Source: Kiritimatiellia bacterium (GTDB taxonomy: Bacteria; Verrucomicrobiota; Kiritimatiellia; RFP12; UBA1067). Taken from it: 35,231 nucleotides of DNA. The stretch spans positions 1 to 35,231 of the forward strand of contig JAKSOX010000002.1 in assembly GCA_024405335.1 (NCBI GenBank). Reading direction: 5' to 3'. The position numbers were made by a program, and so were the translations under genes. Below the pieces are notes generated by a model. It searched no databases and had not been told where the DNA came from. It saw only the letters and a program-made list of their open reading frames with translations. Numbering within the stretch: the first letter of the stretch is position 1; the number at the start of each line of letters is the position of its first letter. Positions 1-8,381 of the stretch are shown here, in pieces.

Positions 1-79
1 TCGTTGGGCGACTGCCTGTTCTCTCTTTCGCTTTTCGATTGGCACGTTCCGGGAACTACCACATTGTTTTCGCGGTCGA

Positions 80-349
80 TTACGCACGAATAACCCACGC
101 TTCGCACGGAATAGGGATAGACGGGTTTGCTTCCTTTCCGGCGTAAAAGTCGCGCATGACATCCGCAAACAACCGTCTGTGACCGATTTTTGCAAAGGCG
201 TTTCGCAACTCTCCGACGGTCATCACTTTTTCGTCACGACGCTTCCCGAACAAAGTTTCGGTGTAGGCCACAACCTTCACTTTCATGGAATCGTCCGCGT
301 TCGCTACGGCGTTCAGCGCGTTCGCAACCACTTCATTCTTGCTCGTCAT
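80..349 (-). CDS. hypothetical small protein (89 aa; 95 aa if the upstream ATG at 367 is used)
   Basis: Open frame 80-367 on the minus strand. The internal ATG at 349 is preceded by AAAGGAGAG with about 8 nt spacing, so it is the better start. No family recognised. Codon usage and G+C are visibly lower than in the rest of the window. Confidence 0.5.
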   Translation of the reverse strand: MTSKNEVVANALNAVANADDSMKVKVVAYTETLFGKRRDEKVMTVGELRNAFAKIGHRRLFADVMRDFYAGKEANPSIPIPCEAWVIRA

Positions 350-655
350 CTTCGTCTCTCCTTTCATCCAATCTGTTCAATTCCGCTTCCGTCAACCCTT
401 TGAGGGGAACGCACACGTGGTGTTCAAGCCACGCGCGTTTCGTTCTCGCCTTGACGTTTTACCGTCACATGGCATTTCCACGCTTCGCTGACGTGAAGCA
501 GAGTGACGCCGTCGCGGTATGGCGGGCGTGTTCCGCACGCCGCAATCCGCGGAGAGCCGAGGTGAGACGGAAAGGACGGAGACGACCGGATGGTCGGCGG
601 ACGTGGCGCGGGTGAAGTTATCTTGAACTTTCCTTGTGCCACGGCGCACGGAACG

Positions 656-664
656 TGATATAAT
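656..664 (+). promoter_or_regulatory. extended -10 promoter box TGaTATAAT
   Basis: TG-A-TATAAT at 656-664 in an otherwise GC-rich intergenic region. An ATG lies exactly 6 nt downstream (671). It is part of a 15-mer, AACGTGATATAATGG (652-666), that recurs identically on the minus strand at 18247-18261. Confidence 0.5.
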
Positions 665-755
665 GGACGCATGAAACTGGAAATGATTTTGGCTTCCGAC
701 GCCGAGGCGGAGAACGGGCGTTTCTGAGTTTTGGACCGACAAGGAGGGTTGCCAC

Positions 756-2384
756 ATGAAGCGGCTGATCGTTGGAATCGTTTTGTTCGCGTGCGGCCTT
801 GCCGTCGTCGCGGAATCTGCGCTGCCCGCGAAAAATGACCCGCCGTCCCCGCCGGAGCTGGAGGCGGCCTGGGATGGCGGTCTCATGATTCAAAGTCCTT
901 GTGATGAGTCGCTGGACGGGCTTGACAGGGCCGAGCTCGAGAAAAGGGCGGAAGCGGGCGATGCGAAGGCGGCGATGTATGTCGCCATGCGCTGTTTTGG
1001 CGAAGAAGGCGCCTACGATCTTCCGAAAACTCGCGCCTGGGCCGAACGTGCGGCGAAGGGCGGTCTTGACGACGGACAACTTGTCTTCGCCGAGTTCCTT
1101 TACTTCGGACTCGGCGGCCCGACGAACGACGCGGAAGCCGTCAGATGGTTCCGCATCGCGTCGACGAACAACTGTCCGGCTGCGGATTATTGGCTTGGCA
1201 GGTGTTATGCGGAGGGCCGCGGCGTGAAAAAGGATTTGAAGCGGGCTGAACGGCAGATGCGGAAGCTTACGCCGAATCGTGCGGAAGAACACGTCTACGA
1301 ATGCGACGAGGCCCGCGGGCGCGCCAACGAATGGCTGTGGGATCACGGATTCACGCCGGATCTGCCGACTTGCAAGGGAATGGCGGCGAACGGGAAGGTC
1401 GATTTCAACGCGCCCCAGCCGCCTTCGTGCGCTGATTCCGACCGCGATCCGATCGATTACGGGAAGGAAGTACCCCTGTTCCTGCCCGATGCAAAAGCGG
1501 CGATCCTTGTCGCAGATCCGGAAGGAAAGGCGTTCGATTGCAGGACGTGGAGCATTTTCGATTCGATCGGGACGGGCCTGTCCTGCACGGTGCGGGAGCT
1601 TCGCTGGGCCGCGCTTTCGATTCTCGATTTGACGCTTCATTCCGAAGAAGAGTACGACTCCGACGAGTACGATCGGTCTTTCCGGCCGACGGTCGATTTT
1701 GCCGTGGCCTTGCGTCTTGCGGACGAAACGCCGGCGCTCACCAACGAATGCTTCAAGGCGTTCAAGGAAAAAGATTTCGAAGGGTGGGACGTCCGTCTGA
1801 CGAAGCGCATGGGCTTTAGCGAATTTGCCATGGAGCCCTGCGTGTCGCGCACGAAAGGAGGGGTGCTGCTCTTCGCCTCGAGCCGCAGGACGCTCCGTCG
1901 GATGGTCGAACTCTATCGCGACGGCGGGGGCGGATATCCAGATATCGCAAAGTTCGGCGCGAAAGCGCTTGCATTTTCGATTCCCGAAACGGGCAAGTTC
2001 CTGCAAGGCGTTTACGGTGGCGTCAGAGCCGATCACGACCATGCCCTCGCGACATGGTGTGCAAACGGTTCCCTGTTGATCGACGATCTTGGCGCTTCTT
2101 CGTTCACGGCCTCGCTGTCGAAGAAGGGGTTTTTGAAGCTGAAACTGTCGTTTGACGCGCGCAACGAACGGGATGCCGCGCTTCTTCGTCGTCCGCTCGT
2201 CTATTATGCGCAGCGTTTTGCCGCGGATGCGTCAGCCCAGACTCGGGTGCCGTCCTGGGTGAAGGATCTGACGGCGCATCTCCGCGTCGTCGTCAAGGGC
2301 AGAACGGTCACGGTCGAGACGTATTGCAAGTTCCGGGAGCTGGTTTCCGAAGTCAAGGCAATGGCGTCGGAGAGCCGCCGGTAG
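756..2384 (+). CDS. secreted Sel1-like (SLR/TPR-like) repeat protein with an unassigned ~370-aa C-terminal region
   Basis: AAGGAGG at 741-747 lies 8 nt before the ATG. N-terminal signal-like MKRLIVGIVLFACGLAVVAES. Repeated Sel1-type units are present (AEAGDAKAAMYVAMRCF..., AWAERAAKGGLDDGQLVFAEFLYFGLGG..., AVRWFRIAS...ADYWLGRCYAEGRGVKKDLKRA). The C-terminal part was not recognised. Confidence 0.8.
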   Translation: MKRLIVGIVLFACGLAVVAESALPAKNDPPSPPELEAAWDGGLMIQSPCDESLDGLDRAELEKRAEAGDAKAAMYVAMRCFGEEGAYDLPKTRAWAERAAKGGLDDGQLVFAEFLYFGLGGPTNDAEAVRWFRIASTNNCPAADYWLGRCYAEGRGVKKDLKRAERQMRKLTPNRAEEHVYECDEARGRANEWLWDHGFTPDLPTCKGMAANGKVDFNAPQPPSCADSDRDPIDYGKEVPLFLPDAKAAILVADPEGKAFDCRTWSIFDSIGTGLSCTVRELRWAALSILDLTLHSEEEYDSDEYDRSFRPTVDFAVALRLADETPALTNECFKAFKEKDFEGWDVRLTKRMGFSEFAMEPCVSRTKGGVLLFASSRRTLRRMVELYRDGGGGYPDIAKFGAKALAFSIPETGKFLQGVYGGVRADHDHALATWCANGSLLIDDLGASSFTASLSKKGFLKLKLSFDARNERDAALLRRPLVYYAQRFAADASAQTRVPSWVKDLTAHLRVVVKGRTVTVETYCKFRELVSEVKAMASESRR

Positions 2385-2464
2385 GAACAGGTTGGTCGAG
2401 CCGCCCGTTCGACCGGCCCCGTCGCCCGCGCGGCAACAAAGAACAAGCAGCAAGCACGAACACG

Positions 2465-2473
2465 TGTTATAAT
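2465..2473 (+). promoter_or_regulatory. extended -10 promoter box TGtTATAAT, leaderless geometry
   Basis: TATAAT at 2468-2473 with TG at 2465-2466. The ATG of the 1939-aa gene starts at 2480, 6 nt after the hexamer, and no SD lies between them. Confidence 0.55.
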
Positions 2474-2479
2474 GGCGGC

Positions 2480-5400
2480 ATGAAAAGATCTCTGTTTGTT
2501 TTTGCGGCGGCCGCGGCGGCGGTTGCGACTGCGTGCGGCGGGACGTTCCCGCTGAACGAGGGCTGGAAATTCCATCGCGGGGACGCGAAGGGCGCCGAGG
2601 CGGTCGCGTTCGACGACGCGGCCTGGGATGTCGTGCGCGTGCCGCACGACTGGGCCATAGGCGAGGCGTTCGACAAAACGATCGACGCGCAGTCCGTGAA
2701 GGTGATCGAGGACGGCGAAACGAAGGCGCGCCTGCGCGTCGGCCGCACGGGCTGCCTGCCGTGGATCGGCGCTGGCTGGTACCGCCGCACGGTGGCGATT
2801 CCCGCGGACGCGGCCCGCGCCGAGCTCGTGTTCGACGGGGCGATGTCGCACGCCGCCGTCTACGCGAACGGCAAGAAGGCGGGCGAATGGAAGAACGGCT
2901 ACAACTCCTTCGCCGTCGATTTGACGCCGTTCCTGCCCGCGAAGGAGATCGTCGTCGCGGTGCGGCTCGAAAACCCCGAGGAAAGTTCGCGCTGGTATCC
3001 GGGCGCGGGGTTGATCCGCCCCGTGGCGCTCGTGACCGGCGGCGCGTTCGGTTTCGAACGCTGGGGCACGTTCGTGCGTACCACGCGGCTTTCGCCGGAG
3101 GGCGCGCGCGTGGTGGTCACCACCGCGACGCGCGGCGAAAAGCCGCGCGGGAAATGCGAAATCGCCTACCGAGTCGCGGCCGAGAAGGGCGGCGAAACGT
3201 TCCGCGCCACGCGCCCGCTGACGGGCGACGAAACGTCGCATGCGTTCACGATTCCCAATCCGCGCACGTGGACGCCGGAAACGCCGGAGCTCTACGTGCT
3301 CGAGGAAACGCTGCTCGTGGACGGCAAGCCGGCGGACTTCGCCACGGTGCGTTTCGGCGTGCGGACGGTGGAGTGGCGCAACGGCCGATTCGAACTGAAC
3401 GGCGTCGCGCGCAAATTCAAGGGCGCGTGCCTGCACCACGACGCCGGTCCCGTGGGCGCCGCGTTCAACGCCGCCGCGTTCCGCCGCCAGGTGAAGCTGC
3501 TGAAGGAAATCGGGTGCGATTCCATCCGCACGGCGCACAACGCTCCCGCGCCCGGGCAGCTGGAAATCTGCGACGAACTCGGCATGATGGTGATGGCTGA
3601 GTCGTTCGACGAATGGGCCGAGGCGAAATGCAAAAACGGCTACCACCTCCATTTCGCCGACTGGTGGCGCCGCGACGTCGCGAACCTCGTCCGCCGCAAC
3701 CGCAACCACCCGTCCGTGGTGATGTGGTCCATCGGCAATGAGATCACCGACCAGCGCACGGCCGCGGGCACCGCGCTTTCGCGCGCGATGCAGGATCTCT
3801 GCCACGACCTCGATCCGACGCGGCCCGTCACGCAGGGGCATTCCTGGATGCCGCAGGCGATCGACGCGGGCGGCGTGCAGGTGATGGACGTGCCGGGCGT
3901 GACCTACCGGCTGCCGTTTTACGGCATGCTCCACGACGCCTCCCGTTTTGGCGGCGTGCTGGGCGCGGAAACGGCGAGCACCGTGTCGTCGCGCGGATGC
4001 TACGCGTTTCCGGACGAAATCGGCGCGGGCGCGCGCCGTCCCGACGGCCAGTCGAGCTCCTACGACGTGGAGTACGCGCCCTGGAGCAACCTGCCGGACG
4101 ACGACTGGGCCGTCCAGGACGACAACGCCTGGACGCTGGGCGAATTCGTGTGGACGGGTTTCGACTACCTGGGCGAACCGTATCCCTACGACGCGCACGC
4201 TTCGCGGTCGTCCTACTTCGGCATCTACGACCTCGCGGGCCTGCCGAAGGACCGCGCGTTCCTCTACCGCAGCCGCTGGCTCGAAACGTCGCCCACGCTG
4301 CATCTGCTGCCGCATTGGACGTGGCCGGGCCGCGAAGGCAAGACCACGCCCGCCTACTGCTACACCTCGTGGCCCGAGGCGGAACTTTTCGTGAACGGCA
4401 AGTCGCAGGGGCGCCTCAAGCGCGATCCCGCCTCGCGCCTCGACCGCTACCGGCTCCGGTGGCGCGGCGTCGTCTACGAGCCGGGCGAACTCAAGGTGGT
4501 CGCCTACGACGAGGCTGGCAGGCCGGCCGCGGAGCGGACGGCGAGGACCGCCGGCGCGCCGGCGCGGCTCGTCGCGGAAGTGGACCGCGCGCGGCTCGCC
4601 GCCGCCACGGCGGACGGCACGCCCGATCTCGCGTTTGCGACCGTGAAAGTCGTCGACAAAGACGGGAACCTTTGTCCCGACGCCGCGCCGCAGCTGCATT
4701 TCGCCGTCGCAGGTGCGGTGCGTTTCAAGGCCGCCGAAAACGGCGACGCGACCTCCTTCGAGAAGCTTTCCGCGCCCACGCGCAAGGCGTTTCGCGGCAT
4801 GTGCGTGGCCGTGCTCGAAGCTGGCGCGAAGCCGGGCGCGGCGCGTTTCGCCGTGTCGGCGGAAGGTCTTGGCGCGGCGACGGTGGATTTGCGCGTGGAC
4901 GACTTCGACGTGCGCGCGTTCGGCGCGCGCGCGGGCGGCGGCGCGGCGGCGAACCGCACGGCGATCCAACGCGCCGTGGACGCGGCGGCGGCCGCGGGCG
5001 GCGGGCGCGTGGTGGTGCCGGCGGGGACGTTCCTCACGGGCTCCGTGGAGTTGAAGGACGGCGTCGAGTTCCACCTCGCGAAAGGCGCGGTGCTGAAGGC
5101 GACCACGGACCTTTCCCTGTACAACGCCGACGACGCCTACCCGCAGTGCGGCTCGTGCGTGCCAGAGGAGTGGAGCGGCGCGCATCTGCTCTACGCCGTG
5201 GAACGGGAGAACGTGGCCGTCACCGGCGAAGGCACGATCGACGGCAGCGGACCGGAGTTCTTCGGTCCACCGGACACGAACTACTGGCCTTGGTACCGCC
5301 ACGGCCTGAAACTGCATCCGCTCGACCGCGACCGCTACCGCACCGGCCAGCAAATCGCGATCGTGGAATGCCGTGGCGTGCGGATCGAGGACTTCACCTT

Positions 5401-8299
5401 CACCAATTCCGCGTGCTGGACGTGCTTCATCCACGGCTGCACGGACGTGACGGTGAAGGGCTACAAGGCGTTCAACGACCGCACCATCGCCAATTCGGAC
5501 GGTTTGTCCATCGACTGCTGCCGCAACGTGGCGGTGACTGGTTGCGAAATCCTGACGGGCGACGACGGCATCGCGATCCGCGCGAGCGGTTCGCGGCTCA
5601 AAAAGCCGCAGGCGTGCGAAAACGTGGTGGTCTCGAACTGCACGATATCGAGCTGCTGCTACGGCATCCGCATCGGCGTGGGCGACGGCGACGTGAAGAA
5701 CGTGCGCGTTTCGCATTGCCGCTTCCCGGAAACGGCCGGCTGCATCGGTTTCACCTGCGCGTGGATCGCCGGCAAACGCAACGTGCACGTGTCGGACGTG
5801 GCCGTGTCGGACTGCGTGTTCGAGGATTCCGCCACGGGCGTCGAATTCCAGACGGCGCACGACGATTCGCCGTCCGCCATCGACGGCGTGTCGTTCGACC
5901 GTTGCCTTTTCCGCACGGCGTGGGGGCACGTTTTCGGGGGCGGCGGCGAAACGAAAAAGCACGTGCCGCGCAACGTCTCGTTCAGGGACTGCACCTTCGA
6001 GGCGATCAAGGACTTCGCCAACCGCGGCGAGGCCTGGTCGCCGGCGTTCGCCGGCGTCTGGCCTGGCCGCGCGCTCGTCGGAAACCACGTCGGCGAGAAC
6101 GTGTCTTTCGAGCGTTGCCGCGCCGTTTGGCCGAAGGAATCCGGTCCCTGGTGCTGGCGTCTCACGCGCGCGTTCGACGGCCGCGAACGCACGAAGTTCG
6201 TCGATTGCGACTTCTCCGAACCGCCCACGGACGCGGACGCGAAGAAACCGCCGGCGTACGAAGCGCCGAAGCGCGTCGAAGCCGAGTACGATTTCCGCAA
6301 GCGGCTTTCCGCGCCGCGCCAATGGCGCGACCGCGGTTTCACGGGCGCGCCCAAGGCGGCGGACGAAATCGCGCTGGACGACCACTGGACGTTCGCGGTG
6401 GAATCCGACGAGCCCGTGGTGAAGCACGCCGCGAAGGACCTGAAGGACTTCCTGGAAAAACGCTGCTGGGCGCGCTGCGCCGGCAAAGACGGCAAAAAGC
6501 GAATCGTCGTGGCCGTTGCGCCGGAAAAGAATCCGCTCACGGCGCGCATCTCCGTTTCCGAAAACGAAATCCGCGTCACGGGCGCCACGCCGCGCGAAAC
6601 GGCGCAGGCGTGCTACCGGTTCGAGGACGAACTCGAGCGCCGCGACCGGCCCGCGGCGAAACTCGGTTCGCGCACGTACACGCGCATGTTCTCGCCGCGC
6701 ATGACGCATTCCGGATACGAGATCGAAAAGTTCCCCGACTGGCACATGGATCAGATCGCGCGCGCCGGCATGGACGCGATTCTCGTGTACGTGCGGGAAC
6801 CGCCGGACGTCACGCGCAACGGGCGCGAAGACATGAACGCGCTCGTCCGCCGCGCGGCCGAACACGGCCTCGACGTGTACGCGTACTTCGACTGGTGGGG
6901 ACGTCCCGTCGCGAAACATCCGCTCGATCCCGGCGCCGAGGAATACTACGACAAGGCGTTTGGATCCATCGTCGAAAACGCGCCCGGCATCAAAGGCATG
7001 GTGATCGTGGGCGAATCGTGCAGCTTCCCCTCGCGCGATCCGGGCGTGTACGGCTACGCATGGTCCGGCTCCGGCATCGCGCCGGATCCGAAGCACCCGA
7101 AGAAGGGCGTGAACGGTTTCTGGCCCGCGTCCGACTGGAAAGAGGCGCTCGAACTCATCGCCAAGGTCACGCGCAAGCACAATCCCGATTTCGACGTGCT
7201 GTTCTGGACCTACAACTGGGCGGGCGCGCCCGAGAAGGACCGTCTCGCGCTCATTGAACGCATCCCCACGAACGTTTCGCTGCACGTCACCTTCGAGATG
7301 GGCGACGGCCACGTCGACGACTACTCCATTTCGCGTCCCGGTCCGAGTTTCGTGTTCACGGGCGAGACGGGCGTGGCGACGCGCCGCGGAATCCGCGTCA
7401 CCGCGATGTCCAACACGGGCGGCCGCACGTGGGACTTCGGCGGCATTCCCTACGTGCCCGCGCCGTACCGCTGGCTGGACCGCTTCCGCGGCCTGCGCGA
7501 CGCCCACGCGAACGCGTCGCTGACGGGGCTCATGGACGAACACCACTACGGTTTCGCGCCGAATCCCATGGCCGACTTCGCCAAAATCGCGTTCACGGAG
7601 GAAACCCGGGACGCGGATCTCGAACCCGCGTTGCGGGCGCTCGCCGTGCGCGAATTCGGCGCGCTGGGCGCCGAGGAGGGGCTCGCCGCGTGGAAGGACT
7701 GGTCCGAAGCGATGCGCGGACACTCCGCCAAGAACTTCGACCAATACGGCTGCCTGCGCATCGGCTCCACGTATCCGTTCGCGTTCCTGGGCGAGCGGCT
7801 GCCCGATCCGCCGCCGTGGTTCGGCGACGAACCCGGCCGCAAGGGCGGGCATTGGACGTATTTGTGGGAGACGGCCGGCGGCGGCTGGGGCTGGCAGATG
7901 AAGAAGGCGGATATCGCCAAGTGGCTCGCGGCAGCCGAGAAGGAACTCGCGCTGTGGCGAAGCGGCAACGCGCACGCGGAAAAGGCGGCGAAGACCGCGC
8001 CGCCGGAACTGCGGGATGCGACGGCGCGCCATCTTGCGCTGGGGCGTTATTGCGAGGCGGCGTTGCGCACGTCGCGCAACGTGAAGAAGTTCTGGCTGCT
8101 GGGCCCGCAGGGCGACAAGGAGGAATTGCTGAAAACGCTGGACGACGAAGAGGCGAACGTGAAGGCGCTCATGCCGTACGTGGAGTTCGATTCGCAGCTC
8201 GGGTGGGAACCGTCCATGCGCTACGTCACTTCGCCGCGCTGCCTGGAGTGGAAGCTCGAACAGCTTGCGTCCGTCCGCCGCCGTCTCGCGTCGTTGTGA
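2480..8299 (+). CDS. 1939-aa secreted triple-module glycosidase: GH2 (beta-galactosidase/beta-glucuronidase family) + GH28-like right-handed beta-helix + C-terminal unassigned glycosidase-like module
   Basis: Start chosen at MKRSLFVFAAAAAAVATA (signal peptide); the track ORF begins upstream at 2324. GH2: NEGWKFHRGD...WDVVRVPHDW, IRTAHNAPAPGQLEICDELGMMVMAES, NHPSVVMWSIGNE (WSIGNE at 3725-3742), LGEFVWTGFDYLGEP. GH28-like: FGARAGGGAAANRTAIQRAVDAAAAAGGGRVVVPAGTFLTG, NSDGLSID (5492-5515), GDDGIAIR (5558-5581). A Pro-rich linker lies at about 6215-6275. The last ~670 aa begin with a GH20b/GH67N-like alpha/beta subdomain pattern and continue as a probable barrel (MDAILVYVRE...AAEHGLDVYAYFDWW). Confidence 0.85.
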   Translation: MKRSLFVFAAAAAAVATACGGTFPLNEGWKFHRGDAKGAEAVAFDDAAWDVVRVPHDWAIGEAFDKTIDAQSVKVIEDGETKARLRVGRTGCLPWIGAGWYRRTVAIPADAARAELVFDGAMSHAAVYANGKKAGEWKNGYNSFAVDLTPFLPAKEIVVAVRLENPEESSRWYPGAGLIRPVALVTGGAFGFERWGTFVRTTRLSPEGARVVVTTATRGEKPRGKCEIAYRVAAEKGGETFRATRPLTGDETSHAFTIPNPRTWTPETPELYVLEETLLVDGKPADFATVRFGVRTVEWRNGRFELNGVARKFKGACLHHDAGPVGAAFNAAAFRRQVKLLKEIGCDSIRTAHNAPAPGQLEICDELGMMVMAESFDEWAEAKCKNGYHLHFADWWRRDVANLVRRNRNHPSVVMWSIGNEITDQRTAAGTALSRAMQDLCHDLDPTRPVTQGHSWMPQAIDAGGVQVMDVPGVTYRLPFYGMLHDASRFGGVLGAETASTVSSRGCYAFPDEIGAGARRPDGQSSSYDVEYAPWSNLPDDDWAVQDDNAWTLGEFVWTGFDYLGEPYPYDAHASRSSYFGIYDLAGLPKDRAFLYRSRWLETSPTLHLLPHWTWPGREGKTTPAYCYTSWPEAELFVNGKSQGRLKRDPASRLDRYRLRWRGVVYEPGELKVVAYDEAGRPAAERTARTAGAPARLVAEVDRARLAAATADGTPDLAFATVKVVDKDGNLCPDAAPQLHFAVAGAVRFKAAENGDATSFEKLSAPTRKAFRGMCVAVLEAGAKPGAARFAVSAEGLGAATVDLRVDDFDVRAFGARAGGGAAANRTAIQRAVDAAAAAGGGRVVVPAGTFLTGSVELKDGVEFHLAKGAVLKATTDLSLYNADDAYPQCGSCVPEEWSGAHLLYAVERENVAVTGEGTIDGSGPEFFGPPDTNYWPWYRHGLKLHPLDRDRYRTGQQIAIVECRGVRIEDFTFTNSACWTCFIHGCTDVTVKGYKAFNDRTIANSDGLSIDCCRNVAVTGCEILTGDDGIAIRASGSRLKKPQACENVVVSNCTISSCCYGIRIGVGDGDVKNVRVSHCRFPETAGCIGFTCAWIAGKRNVHVSDVAVSDCVFEDSATGVEFQTAHDDSPSAIDGVSFDRCLFRTAWGHVFGGGGETKKHVPRNVSFRDCTFEAIKDFANRGEAWSPAFAGVWPGRALVGNHVGENVSFERCRAVWPKESGPWCWRLTRAFDGRERTKFVDCDFSEPPTDADAKKPPAYEAPKRVEAEYDFRKRLSAPRQWRDRGFTGAPKAADEIALDDHWTFAVESDEPVVKHAAKDLKDFLEKRCWARCAGKDGKKRIVVAVAPEKNPLTARISVSENEIRVTGATPRETAQACYRFEDELERRDRPAAKLGSRTYTRMFSPRMTHSGYEIEKFPDWHMDQIARAGMDAILVYVREPPDVTRNGREDMNALVRRAAEHGLDVYAYFDWWGRPVAKHPLDPGAEEYYDKAFGSIVENAPGIKGMVIVGESCSFPSRDPGVYGYAWSGSGIAPDPKHPKKGVNGFWPASDWKEALELIAKVTRKHNPDFDVLFWTYNWAGAPEKDRLALIERIPTNVSLHVTFEMGDGHVDDYSISRPGPSFVFTGETGVATRRGIRVTAMSNTGGRTWDFGGIPYVPAPYRWLDRFRGLRDAHANASLTGLMDEHHYGFAPNPMADFAKIAFTEETRDADLEPALRALAVREFGALGAEEGLAAWKDWSEAMRGHSAKNFDQYGCLRIGSTYPFAFLGERLPDPPPWFGDEPGRKGGHWTYLWETAGGGWGWQMKKADIAKWLAAAEKELALWRSGNAHAEKAAKTAPPELRDATARHLALGRYCEAALRTSRNVKKFWLLGPQGDKEELLKTLDDEEANVKALMPYVEFDSQLGWEPSMRYVTSPRCLEWKLEQLASVRRRLASL

Positions 8300-8336
8300 T
8301 TCTGTTGGCGAGTTTTCGCCGCTGAACGTGGAAACG

Positions 8337-8345
8337 TGGTACAAT
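8337..8345 (+). promoter_or_regulatory. extended -10 promoter box TGgTACAAT
   Basis: TG-G-TACAAT lies 37 nt upstream of the RND membrane-fusion gene start, in the 82-nt gap after the 1939-aa gene. Confidence 0.4.
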
Positions 8346-8381
8346 GCCACCTCATTTCAATTGCTGGTGTTTGGTGACGTC

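Noticed and set aside
2394-2414. Hairpin GGTCGA-N9-TCGACC after the Sel1 gene, and the hairpin at about 34984-35005 after the 132-aa gene, as terminators
   Set aside because: The stems are short with large loops or bulges and there is no convincing U-tract. This is too weak to call as terminators.
2324-2479. N-terminal extensions offered by the ORF track (2324, 8265, 8675, 12830, 12958, 14991, 16649, 18351, 22710, 24736, 34405)
   Set aside because: The extensions are Arg/Pro/Gly-rich. They overlap upstream genes or promoter boxes and precede obvious signal peptides or conserved N-termini. Internal starts with an SD or leaderless geometry were chosen instead.
2204-8350. 2048-aa ORF on the minus strand spanning the whole GH2-fusion locus
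   Set aside because: It lies antisense to a gene with many family-specific motifs. Its translation is low-complexity Arg/Ala/Gly/Pro-rich with no recognisable domain. Stop-free antisense frames are expected in GC3-rich coding DNA.
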